DNA from: Candidatus Woesearchaeota archaeon
GTDB lineage: Archaea > Nanobdellota > Nanobdellia > Woesearchaeales > UBA9642
Assembly (NCBI GenBank): GCA_026002815.1
Contig: BPGB01000001.1
Span: 54,490 to 118,489, forward strand
Direction of reading: 5' to 3'
Length of the DNA stretch: 64,000 nt
Shown here: positions 16,108 to 25,410 of the stretch, one piece after another
Numbering within the stretch: position 1 is the first letter of the stretch
Layout of the letters: every line of letters begins with the position of its first letter
Notes under the pieces: model-generated
Databases searched by the model: none
What the model saw: only the letters and a program-made list of their open reading frames with translations
What the model was told of the DNA's origin: nothing
Program-made: the position numbers and the translations under genes

Positions 16108-16426
16108 TTCGTAAAAGCACCTGCCCGTTTCGTCAGAAAAATCTTTGGATGAAGCGAAGCGAAACCGCTTAACCAATGTTAGACTTTGTTTGCGAAGCAA
16201 ATTTAGTTATCTTTTTAGTTGTGAAGGTTAAGCGAAGGATTCGCTAGAAAAGCATAGCTTTTCTGCGCACCAAAAACCATTGGTTTTTGAGTGTTTCAGT
16301 TCCGTAAGCAAACTCCTCTCAAATTAGGGGTGGGTGGTTGGGAGGAAAGCCGAATTCTGAATTACGCCTAACATCTATTAAGCGTAATATTATTGTGTTT
16401 AATTGGAGGTTACGGTTTTTTACGAA
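16108..16426 (+). ncRNA. Candidate structured non-coding element B (about 319 nt, GC-enriched), immediately 3' of the PLD-SNF2 gene
   Basis: Nested complementarities are 16108-16116 with 16418-16426 (9 bp), 16118-16126 with 16328-16336 (9 bp including two G-U pairs on the plus strand) and 16166-16174 with 16226-16234 (9 bp). Local hairpins are at 16189-16201 (GAA loop), 16246-16264 and 16361-16387. It shares collinear sequence blocks with element A. Confidence 0.45.
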
Positions 16427-16462
16427 ATAAGTTTATAAATCTATATTTTTCATCTTATATTG

Positions 16463-16744
16463 ATGAATTATGAAGATATTCTTATGAACGAATGTAAACT
16501 TAAAGGTTATTTACAAAGGACGATACAGAAAATTATCGAAAATGCTGCTGTGAATTCAGGTATACGGAAAAGCATCACCCCACACACATTAGGGCATTCT
16601 TTTGCAACTCACCTAATAGAAAATGGTACTGATATTAGGTATATTAGGGATCTATTAGGTCATTCGGATATTAGTACTACATTAATTTATACAAAAGTTT
16701 CAAACAAGAATATATGTAAAATTAAAAGTCCATTGGATGATTAA
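16463..16744 (+). pseudogene. C-terminal fragment (about 93 aa) of a tyrosine recombinase/integrase (XerC/D-like)
   Basis: ITPHTLGHSFATHLIENGTDIRYIRDLLGHSDISTTLIYTKV matches box II (HxLRHxxAT...LLGH...Y). The N-terminal two thirds are missing and the conserved Arg is Gly. Confidence 0.75.
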
Positions 16745-16856
16745 TTAAATTCTATTGATATAATTAATGCAAAAAATATATTCTTATAATATTAAAAATT
16801 ATTAATATAAAAAGTAATAATAAATATTTTAATAATGATTAGTAAATTAAAGATGC

Positions 16857-18341
16857 TCAATTTCCCATAAGATAGTAAGTTAATAATCTTACTCCTGCTC
16901 CACTGGCATATTTTTGATTATATTCTCTTGATTCGGGAAGGAATGCTGTTCCTGCAATATCCAAGTGTGCCCACTTAGTTTTTTCTAAATCTACAAATTT
17001 GCTTATGAAAACTGCGCCGGTTATTGCTCCTGCCTCTCTTCCTTTTCCTTTTACGCTCATATTCTTTAGATCTGATATGTCTCCATCCATATTATCTTGA
17101 TATTCTTCAAAAAACGGTAATTCCCATACTCTATCATAACTATCATTTCCGGATTTGGAAAGTTTTCTAACTAATTCTGGACTATTGCTTATTAATCCTG
17201 AAGCATAATATCCTAAAGCAATAACACATGCACCAGTAAGAGTTGCTAAATCAATTATTGTATCTGGAGAATAATTTTTCTCAGTATATGCGATAGCATC
17301 AGCGAGTATTAATCTACCCTCAGCATCCGTGTTTGCTATTTCAACAGTTTTTCCATTATATGCCCTTATTATATCTCCTGGTTTATACGCTGATCCATTG
17401 ATTAGATTCTCACAAGCCGGTATCACTCCAAGAATGTTTTTTTTCAATTCAAGCTTTTGTGCAGCTTTTATTGTTCCAAGAACCGCTGCAGCTCCTGACA
17501 TATCACATTTCATATCCGCGAATTGTCCGGCTGGTTTTATATCATATCCTCCAGAGTCAAAAGTTATGCCTTTACCAACAATTGCTGTATATTTGTCTTT
17601 ACCGCCGTTGTTGTATTCTATTATTATTAGCTTTGCTGGTTTGTCGCTTCCAGAACTAACCGCTAATATTAAGTTTAATCCTAATTTTTCCATTTCCTTA
17701 CGATTTAGGACTCTTATTTTTGTATTTTTATTGGCTAATTTTAATGCTTCACCTTCTATATATTCAGGAGTTACTATTCTTGACGGTTCATTAACTAAAT
17801 CTTTAGCATAATTGGTTGATTCTGATATTATTATTCCTTCCTTAACACCTCTCATAAAATTTGATGCATCTTCTATCTGAAAACTAGCTATTATTTCACT
17901 ACGCTCTTCTTTTTTAGACTTGTATTTATCAAAAGAATAATCAGAAAGGCATAATCCCTCAGCACAGGATCTTCCAAGAGAAACAATATCAATAGATTTT
18001 TTATTAGAAACCAATGAAGTTATATTTGTTGTGAATGATTTATATTTATTCTTTCTAAGATACGATACAATTCTGGACATTACTCTTCGTATTCTTTCAG
18101 TGTTCATGTCTTTTTTATCACCAAGAGTGATTATTAAGATATCTTTATACAAAGAATCTTTTAATTTAGTTGAAAAAACATTACCGAATCCTCTTTCTAA
18201 AATTTTAGAATCTATTGATTGGCGTATATCTTCTGATAGTGTTGGATTTATACTGTTATATAAATCTGTATCATCATCCCATAATCCTAAAACAAGTAAT
18301 TCTGCTGTTGTGTCTAAATTATTTTTTGCTTTTATATTCAT
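16857..18341 (-). CDS. pepA: Leucyl aminopeptidase (M17)
   Basis: NTDAEGRLILAD signature and the VGKGITFDSGG block. ATG at 18341 follows GGTGA; the track start at 18371 is a TTG. Confidence 0.9.
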   Translation of the reverse strand: MNIKAKNNLDTTAELLVLGLWDDDTDLYNSINPTLSEDIRQSIDSKILERGFGNVFSTKLKDSLYKDILIITLGDKKDMNTERIRRVMSRIVSYLRKNKYKSFTTNITSLVSNKKSIDIVSLGRSCAEGLCLSDYSFDKYKSKKEERSEIIASFQIEDASNFMRGVKEGIIISESTNYAKDLVNEPSRIVTPEYIEGEALKLANKNTKIRVLNRKEMEKLGLNLILAVSSGSDKPAKLIIIEYNNGGKDKYTAIVGKGITFDSGGYDIKPAGQFADMKCDMSGAAAVLGTIKAAQKLELKKNILGVIPACENLINGSAYKPGDIIRAYNGKTVEIANTDAEGRLILADAIAYTEKNYSPDTIIDLATLTGACVIALGYYASGLISNSPELVRKLSKSGNDSYDRVWELPFFEEYQDNMDGDISDLKNMSVKGKGREAGAITGAVFISKFVDLEKTKWAHLDIAGTAFLPESREYNQKYASGAGVRLLTYYLMGN

Positions 18342-18385
18342 AATTTCACCTTTTGAAATCCATACAAACAATATAAGTATTAGTC

Positions 18386-18452
18386 TTTATCTAAAAATAT
18401 TTTTTTATCTAAAAATTTTAGATATTATAAAATTTATATTTTATCTAAAAAT
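18386..18452. repeat. Three perfect copies of TTTATCTAAAAAT (18386-18398, 18404-16, 18440-52) upstream of pepA
   Basis: Read directly. TATA-like boxes or regulator sites. Confidence 0.5.
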
Positions 18453-18503
18453 TATCATTAAACTTTGTTAATTTAAAATTTAGTACCAATGTATTTATTT
18501 CTT

Positions 18504-19196
18504 TTATGTATATCTTTCCATTATTATATTTTTTGTTTTATCTTTTAAGATAGTAATTACATCTGAAATAAATTCTTTCACACCACAAATATAAACTGTT
18601 TTGTCTGAGAAGGTATCAATTATATTAAGATGCTGTGTAAGACGCCCTTTCAAGCCATCCCATTCATGCTCGCGTGTCAAACTTGCAATATACTTAAAAT
18701 TCTTATACTTCTTTTCAAATTCCTTAAATTTATCATAATATAGCAACTCTTCTTTATTCTTTGCTCCATGAAATAGTGTGAATTCATTTTCTGATTCAAT
18801 ATGTTGTTGAATTATACTATGTATGGGAGTTATTCCTGTTCCAGTGCAAAAAAGAACATGTTTATTGTTGTTCTTGTCTAAAATAAATTTTCCAAACGGT
18901 CCTCTTAGTAAGACTTCATCAGAAACATTTAATTTTCTTAAATATTCAGATGCTAAACCATTAGGGATTAACCTTATGAAACTTTCAATAATACCTCTAG
19001 AATGAGCATCTTTTGGACTATTAAGTATTGAATATGGTCTGAATCCTGTTTTTTCATTATCAGGATCATCTTTATCAAGTATTATGTGAAAGAATTGTCC
19101 TGCCTTAAAATCAATATTAGCAGAAAAACCTATCAATAGTAGATCTTCTGTTAGATATTTCTTATAGACAACCCTTGAATTAAATATTTGTTTCAT
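18504..19196 (-). CDS. Ferredoxin-NADP reductase-like FAD/NAD(P)-binding oxidoreductase
   Basis: RPYSILNSP (RxYS FAD motif) and FCTGTGITP (NAD(P) motif). Confidence 0.75.
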   Translation of the reverse strand: MKQIFNSRVVYKKYLTEDLLLIGFSANIDFKAGQFFHIILDKDDPDNEKTGFRPYSILNSPKDAHSRGIIESFIRLIPNGLASEYLRKLNVSDEVLLRGPFGKFILDKNNNKHVLFCTGTGITPIHSIIQQHIESENEFTLFHGAKNKEELLYYDKFKEFEKKYKNFKYIASLTREHEWDGLKGRLTQHLNIIDTFSDKTVYICGVKEFISDVITILKDKTKNIIMERYT

Positions 19197-19274
19197 AAAA
19201 TTATACTTTAAAAAATAATACTACTTTTAATAATAATGATTATTTCTATATTATATTTCTATATTATAAAGATT

Positions 19275-19733
19275 TTATATGTATTTTAAAACTTCTTTAG
19301 TATGTCCAACTACGCTTACTTTCGGAAAGATCTTTTTTATCTTGAAATTTTCATCTATTATGAAAGTGGCTCTTGTTGTTCCCATATATTTTTTGCCCAT
19401 AAAACTCTTTTCTCCCCAGACGCCATATTTCTTAACGACTTTCTTTTCCGGATCTGCGAGCAGTATAAATGGAAGTTTGTATTTTTCAGCAAATTTTTTA
19501 TGGGACTCTTCACTGTCAACACTTACTCCTATAACAATGGCTCCTTTCTTTTTAAAATCCTTATAATTATCCCTGAAACTGCATGCTTCCATAGTACAAC
19601 CAGGAGTATCGTCTTTAGGATAAAAATATAATACAATAGGTTTGCCTTTATAATCTGAAAGCTTGTGTGTTTTACCATTTTGATCTTTAAGTGAAAAGTC
19701 AATAGCTTTTGAACCTTCTTTCATAATAATCAC
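19275..19733 (-). CDS. bcp: Peroxiredoxin, Bcp type
   Basis: [18 protein letters not shown] active-site block. Confidence 0.9.
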   Translation of the reverse strand: MIIMKEGSKAIDFSLKDQNGKTHKLSDYKGKPIVLYFYPKDDTPGCTMEACSFRDNYKDFKKKGAIVIGVSVDSEESHKKFAEKYKLPFILLADPEKKVVKKYGVWGEKSFMGKKYMGTTRATFIIDENFKIKKIFPKVSVVGHTKEVLKYI

Positions 19734-20329
19734 CTTTTCGTCATGTTTTCTTCAACTTGGTCCCAATTTATTATTTTGAAGAAATTCTCTACATATTCTG
19801 CTCTTCTATTTTGATATTTCAAATAATATGCATGCTCCCAAACATCTATCCCTAATATCGGAATCTTACCTTCTGATATTGGACAGTCTTGATTTGCGGT
19901 TGACATTACCTCTAATTTTCCATTGTTTAATACAAGCCACGCCCATCCGCTTCCGAACCTGTTTAATGCTGCATCTGTAAAAGCTTTTTTGAAATTTTCA
20001 AAACTTCCGAAGCTTTCATCTATTGCTACGTTAACTTTTTCTGAAATCTTAACATCCTTCTTCAATAATTTCCAGAATATAGAATGATTATAATGGCCAC
20101 CACCATGATTCCTTACGGCCGTTCTTATATCTTCTGGAAGTTTAGTTAGTTCCTTTAATAATTTCTCAACCGGTTTGTCCTGTAATTCAGGATACTTTTC
20201 TAATGCAGCATTCAACTTATCTATATATGCCTGATGATGTTTTGTATAATGTATCTCCATTGTTTTAGCATCGATATATGGTTCAAGCGCATCATATTCA
20301 TAGTCTAATTTTGGTAGTTCATGTTTCAT
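19730..20329 (-). CDS. Fe/Mn superoxide dismutase
   Basis: [35 protein letters not shown] and [12 protein letters not shown] 20329 is preceded by GGAGGT. Confidence 0.92.
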   Translation of the reverse strand: MKHELPKLDYEYDALEPYIDAKTMEIHYTKHHQAYIDKLNAALEKYPELQDKPVEKLLKELTKLPEDIRTAVRNHGGGHYNHSIFWKLLKKDVKISEKVNVAIDESFGSFENFKKAFTDAALNRFGSGWAWLVLNNGKLEVMSTANQDCPISEGKIPILGIDVWEHAYYLKYQNRRAEYVENFFKIINWDQVEENMTKR

Positions 20330-20579
20330 TTTCTTTACCTCCATACCATATTTTACCTTTTCTTGAATAATCATCTATTATCTTATATGATTCAACAGCT
20401 CTCTTGGCATCAATTAATGAATATTTATCTTCAAAAAACGCTGAGAGAGTTATTTTATCAATAGCTTTACGATACGCATAATATTCTATGAGTCCATCTA
20501 TGTCTTCATTTATATTTATAGCGTATTTTCTAAGATTTCTAAGTGAGTTTAAATTTTTGCTTTCTGCTAAATAATACAA
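20319..20579 (-). CDS. Hypothetical small helical protein (86 aa, TTG start only)
   Basis: ORF only. No ATG start and no recognisable motif. Confidence 0.25.
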   Translation of the reverse strand: MYYLAESKNLNSLRNLRKYAININEDIDGLIEYYAYRKAIDKITLSAFFEDKYSLIDAKRAVESYKIIDDYSRKGKIWYGGKENET

Positions 20580-20685
20580 CGTCTCTAATATAGATACTCT
20601 GATGTTTTTCTTGATTCATTTTTTATATTTATTATAATATATCTTTTTATTTCATATATATTGTCTTATCTTATCGTTTATGTTT

Positions 20686-21579
20686 TCATATTTTCTTATA
20701 TGTTGATTGCATTAGTAGAGCATCATCTTCAATATTCGGGCTCTCGCTTATAACTACTCCTTTTGCTTTAAATTCCTTTAATGCCCTCATTAAATCAACA
20801 TATTTAAAATCTGATTCTTTTAATATCAGATGATTTTTTTCTCCTTTATCACCATAATTTATTCCTGACATGTGTATGTGCATGTTGTCTAGACCTTCCC
20901 TACCAAGTCCTTTCTCTATTTCGGAGAGTATTTTTCTAAATTCTTCTAATGAATTATTGCCTCCACCATTTCTCGCGTGTAAATGTGCAAAATCAACGCA
21001 AGGCATTACTTGATCGAGTTCTTGAGACAAGGATATTATCTCTTTTAAATCACCGAATTGTGTTGCTTTACCGGTTGTTTCAGGACGTATCCATATATTG
21101 TTGTCGTTTTCTCTTAACTCTTCAGTTATGGTCTTTAAGGCTTCATAAACTCTATCATATACTTTACTAGGGGAATCTTTCAAATAATATGCTGCATGAA
21201 ACACAAGAGACCATGCTCCTGCTTGTCTAGCAATATATGCTGCGTGTAATATTCTCGATATTGATGCTGACAGTTTGTTCTTTTCTTGGGCATTAAGATT
21301 TATATAATAAGATCCGTGTGCTGTTAGAACTACGTCATTTTTAATTCTTGAATCGTTAGAAAGCCTTGCTGTTACTGGATTTAAATTTACAGAGTGTACA
21401 AACTCTAATTCCATTGCTTCAAGACCAAGTTTCCTAACTTCTGAGATACCCTCATGAGTTTTCAAACCATGTGCTCTTATAGGTATTCCTGCAGTTCCAA
21501 ATCTTAACCTGTCCATCTTTGGAATCTTTATTTCATTATAATCAAAAGTTTCTTTTTCATTTTTATTAATTGATTTCAT
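20686..21579 (-). CDS. Endonuclease IV-like / xylose-isomerase-like TIM-barrel protein
   Basis: AHGSYYINL, VFHAAYY, IRPETTG, VDFAHLHA and HIHMSG follow the pattern of AP endonuclease 2 metal ligands. Confidence 0.65.
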   Translation of the reverse strand: MKSINKNEKETFDYNEIKIPKMDRLRFGTAGIPIRAHGLKTHEGISEVRKLGLEAMELEFVHSVNLNPVTARLSNDSRIKNDVVLTAHGSYYINLNAQEKNKLSASISRILHAAYIARQAGAWSLVFHAAYYLKDSPSKVYDRVYEALKTITEELRENDNNIWIRPETTGKATQFGDLKEIISLSQELDQVMPCVDFAHLHARNGGGNNSLEEFRKILSEIEKGLGREGLDNMHIHMSGINYGDKGEKNHLILKESDFKYVDLMRALKEFKAKGVVISESPNIEDDALLMQSTYKKI

Positions 21580-21634
21580 TTTTACATTTATGGTTTTTAT
21601 TTTTTATTGATATTTGTAAACTTATTTTTTTATA

Positions 21635-22402
21635 TTATCCTTTATGAATAGTGTATCCCTTTCTTTCTAGTTCTTCTGCTAGTTCTGACCCTCCGCATTT
21701 CGTTATTCTTCCATCAACCATTATGCAAACTCTATCTGGTTTTATATAATTCAACATTCTCTGATAATGTGTAATAATTAGCAAAGTTAATTCAGGGTTA
21801 TCTTTCCTTATAATATTGATACTCTCACAAACATTTCTTAATGCATCAATATCCAGTCCTGAATCTGTCTCGTCAAGTATTGCAATTTTTGGGTTAAGCA
21901 TTGCAAGTTGTAATATTTCCATCTTCTTCTTTTCTCCTCCTGAAAAACCTTCATTAAGATACCTTGACGCAAATTCTCTAGGTATATGTAGTAAATCCAT
22001 TTTTTCGTTTAACAATTTTACGAACTCAATAATCTTTAGTTGATTGTTTTTTTGCCTTCTTGAATTTAATGCTGCTCTCAAAAAATTTGAAACAGTTACT
22101 CCAGGTATTTCAACAGGATACTGGAAAGACAAGAATATTCCTTCTTTTGAACGTTCGTCAGGGGTCAATTCTGATATATCCTTAGTCATATTATTGTCAT
22201 TAAGAATTATTTTTCCTTCTGTTTCAAAAGATGGATTGCCCATTATTGCACTAGCAAGCGTACTTTTTCCTGAACCATTAGGGCCCATTATTACAGTTAT
22301 CTCTCCTTTTTTTAAAGTCAAATTAACATTCTTAACTATTTTTTTATCTCCTATAGTTACACTAAAATTTTCTAGTTTAAGTATATCAACCATTTTTATC
22401 AC
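21635..22402 (-). CDS. sufC: Fe-S cluster assembly ATPase SufC
   Basis: Walker [13 protein letters not shown] signature FSGGEKKK and Walker [11 protein letters not shown]. Confidence 0.92.
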   Translation of the reverse strand: MIKMVDILKLENFSVTIGDKKIVKNVNLTLKKGEITVIMGPNGSGKSTLASAIMGNPSFETEGKIILNDNNMTKDISELTPDERSKEGIFLSFQYPVEIPGVTVSNFLRAALNSRRQKNNQLKIIEFVKLLNEKMDLLHIPREFASRYLNEGFSGGEKKKMEILQLAMLNPKIAILDETDSGLDIDALRNVCESINIIRKDNPELTLLIITHYQRMLNYIKPDRVCIMVDGRITKCGGSELAEELERKGYTIHKG

Positions 22403-22505
22403 AACCTAATAACATTTTTTATTTTATGTTTTTAATTTTCTTTTTATTTTTGTATTCTTTATGTGTGTTTTATTTTATATTTTATTTTACATATATTCAT
22501 ATATC

Positions 22506-22892
22506 TTAATTTTCTTTTGAAAAATATTCTACTATTCCTTTTTGAAGAGTTTTTAATGGAAGCATCATGCACTTTATTCTTGAATGAGTTAATTCTATAC
22601 CTAAAATTTTAAGCATGTCTTCTGTTTGCATCTTATTTACTTCATTGATTTTTTTTCCAACTAATTCTTCCATTAACATTGATGCCGATGAGATGCAAAT
22701 TACACAACCTTGTCCTTTAAATGAGATGTCTGTTATTTTTTCTTTTTTAGTGTCGAGTTTTACAAAAATTTCGATATCATCACCACATAATGGATTACTA
22801 TCATGCTTATGAATATCCGGGTCTTTCAATTCTTTGAATCTTCGCGGGTTCTTATAATGATCTAGTAAGTGTTCTCTATATATTTCATCCAT
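22506..22892 (-). CDS. sufU: SufU/IscU-like Fe-S scaffold or sulfur-transfer protein
   Basis: NPLCGDDIEIFV, GQGCVICISSASM and RIKCMMLP are the conserved Cys positions. Confidence 0.85.
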   Translation of the reverse strand: MDEIYREHLLDHYKNPRRFKELKDPDIHKHDSNPLCGDDIEIFVKLDTKKEKITDISFKGQGCVICISSASMLMEELVGKKINEVNKMQTEDMLKILGIELTHSRIKCMMLPLKTLQKGIVEYFSKEN

Positions 22893-22955
22893 TTATTATT
22901 ACACCTATTTGTTATTATATCTATTTACATTATTAAGTTAGTTTACTAAATTTCA

Positions 22956-24191
22956 TTAATTTAGTATTTTTTTTGCTTGATTTATTGAATCGATTAATTT
23001 GTCTATATCTTTAGTGGTATTATAAAAAGATATACTTATTCTTGAGGTTGCAGGCACGCCTAGTTTGTTCATAAATGGCTGTGCGCAGTGATGCCCGCTT
23101 CTTATGCAAATATTATTTCTATCACATATAGATGCCAAATCATGAGGGTGGATGCCTTTTATGATAAAACTGATTATCGGTCCATATTCTTTAGTATTAT
23201 GACCTATTATCTTTAGTCCATTTATTGATTTTAGACGTTTTAAGGCGTAGTCTTTTATTTTTTCCTCTATATTATGATTGGTTTTATTAAGATATATTAA
23301 CGCTTCTGCTGAGGCGATTATTCCAGCATTATCCATGGTGCCTCCTTCAAATTTCTCAGGGATTTCAGCCCATTCAGATCTTTTTAATGATACATATGAT
23401 ATCATATTTCCTCCGTAGAGGAATGGTTCTAATACTTTCAAGAATTTTGTCTTAGAATAAAGCAATCCTACTCCTGTTGTTCCGTAAATCTTGTGAGCCG
23501 AAAAAACAATAAAGTCCGCATCCCACTCTTTAACATCACAATTTTTATGGGCAATGTATTGTGTTGCATCTATAATTATTACAGTATTCTTATTCTTTTT
23601 ACGTATTTGTGATATTGCTTTTTTAACATCTATTATTAATCCACTAACATTAGACATTGCTGTGAATGAGACAACTTTTGTTTTTTTATCAACATATTTG
23701 TATATTTCATCAATTTTTTGTTTCTTTAAATCGTAAGGCACAATTCTTAAAGCGATGTTTTTTCTAATGCATAATTGTTGCCATGGCAAAAAGTTTGAAT
23801 GATGCTCTATTTCTGTTACTACAATATTGTCATCTTTATCAAAAATAAATGTTCTTTCTATGCTTGTAGCTATTGCATTTATGCTTTCAGTTGCGTTTTT
23901 TGTAAAAATCATGTTCTGATAATCTGAATTTATTAATCTTGCAAATTTTTTTCTCGCATTTTCAACCATCAGGGAAGTTTTCTCAGATAAGGAGTATACT
24001 CCTCTATGAGGATTTGAATTTGAATTCTCATAATAATTTTTTAGCGTATCTATAACTATTTTCGGTTTTTGTGTTGTAGCAGAGTTATCTAAATAAACTA
24101 AATCTTTTTTTAATATTGGAAAATCTTCTCTCATGATATTTCTCTCATAATTTTTCTGTTTTTGATTTTTTTGAACATAATTTATTTTCAT
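22956..24191 (-). CDS. sufS: Cysteine desulfurase SufS (class V aminotransferase)
   Basis: FSAHKIYGTTGVG (PLP lysine) and RSGHHCAQP (catalytic Cys). Confidence 0.9.
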   Translation of the reverse strand: MKINYVQKNQKQKNYERNIMREDFPILKKDLVYLDNSATTQKPKIVIDTLKNYYENSNSNPHRGVYSLSEKTSLMVENARKKFARLINSDYQNMIFTKNATESINAIATSIERTFIFDKDDNIVVTEIEHHSNFLPWQQLCIRKNIALRIVPYDLKKQKIDEIYKYVDKKTKVVSFTAMSNVSGLIIDVKKAISQIRKKNKNTVIIIDATQYIAHKNCDVKEWDADFIVFSAHKIYGTTGVGLLYSKTKFLKVLEPFLYGGNMISYVSLKRSEWAEIPEKFEGGTMDNAGIIASAEALIYLNKTNHNIEEKIKDYALKRLKSINGLKIIGHNTKEYGPIISFIIKGIHPHDLASICDRNNICIRSGHHCAQPFMNKLGVPATSRISISFYNTTKDIDKLIDSINQAKKILN

Positions 24192-24214
24192 AAAAGTTTT
24201 ATAAATACTTTTTA

Positions 24215-25336
24215 TTATAATGTGCTTCTCTCATAAAATATTTCTTCAATTTCTTTTAGCACAGCATCTCTCAAACCGTTTGGAACCTCTGAGGTTATTT
24301 TTTCATAAAACCCTTTAACAAGCAATTTTTCAGAATCCGAAATACTTAAACCTCTGCTTTGTAAATAAAATACTTTTTCCTTATCAATTTTACTAACGCT
24401 TGAACCGTGCGTGCATCTAACTTCATTGTTATTTATTTTAAGGTCTGGAATACTTATTGCTCTTGAATTTTCGTCTAAAACAAGCAAATCATTTTTTTGA
24501 TAGCCGTTACTGTTGAATGCGTTGCTTCCAATATAAACTAATCCTCTTAGAATAACTTTTGAATTAATCAAAGCTGCTCTGCATTGCATCAAGCTTTTTG
24601 TATTTTTTGAATGATGATCTGTTCTCGTAAAAAAATTATACTCTGAATCTCTTGATAATAGTATAGTATTCATTATCGATCCAGAATTTTCTCCTTTTAT
24701 TATTGAATGAGTTTCTGACAAGTTTAATTTTGATGGCCCTTCTACATTTGTATATTTTAAATCTGCGTTGTTTTTAATTAATATTTTCTTTCTTGAATAG
24801 AGAAAATAATTTTTATTATAGTTTCTTAAATCAACAATATTGACTCTTGAATTATCGCTTACTATTACATCTAAGAAATCAGTCGATATGTTAATAGACT
24901 CATGAATATTATTGGAAGAATCATTAGATCTTGCTGTTATATAGATTGTTGCATCAACATTCTCGTATATATATACAAATAAATGAGAATATTGATTACC
25001 TATAAATCTCTTATCTATTATATACTCTCCACTCTTTTCTATTATTAATAACTTTATAGTTCTCAATGCTGCATGTAAATAATCAACCTTGTTTTCTAGA
25101 ACGGGGTTTTCAATTATTTTAATTATTTCATTTGATATGTTTTTGCTCAAATCTTTTATTGAATCTTCATCAAATAAATCCTCGTTAGAAACATAATCAA
25201 CGCTGCCTTTTTTTGCATATAAGTCATCTAGGTCTAACCAATCAGTTCTAGTAACTATTCCTAACCCTCCGCTTATATTGTTAAGTTTCAATTCATGAAA
25301 TTTTTTTAAGTACCTTTCTCTCATTTTCATTACCAA
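24215..25336 (-). CDS. sufD: Fe-S cluster assembly protein SufD
   Basis: C-terminal block VRCTHGSSVSKIDKEKVFYLQSRGLS and its position between sufB and sufS. Confidence 0.8.
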   Translation of the reverse strand: MVMKMRERYLKKFHELKLNNISGGLGIVTRTDWLDLDDLYAKKGSVDYVSNEDLFDEDSIKDLSKNISNEIIKIIENPVLENKVDYLHAALRTIKLLIIEKSGEYIIDKRFIGNQYSHLFVYIYENVDATIYITARSNDSSNNIHESINISTDFLDVIVSDNSRVNIVDLRNYNKNYFLYSRKKILIKNNADLKYTNVEGPSKLNLSETHSIIKGENSGSIMNTILLSRDSEYNFFTRTDHHSKNTKSLMQCRAALINSKVILRGLVYIGSNAFNSNGYQKNDLLVLDENSRAISIPDLKINNNEVRCTHGSSVSKIDKEKVFYLQSRGLSISDSEKLLVKGFYEKITSEVPNGLRDAVLKEIEEIFYERSTL

Positions 25337-25410
25337 AAATTATTACCTAAAAAATCGCCAAAGTATCAATAATTTTTATTTTCTATTTATTTTATCGTTT
25401 TTTTAATAGT

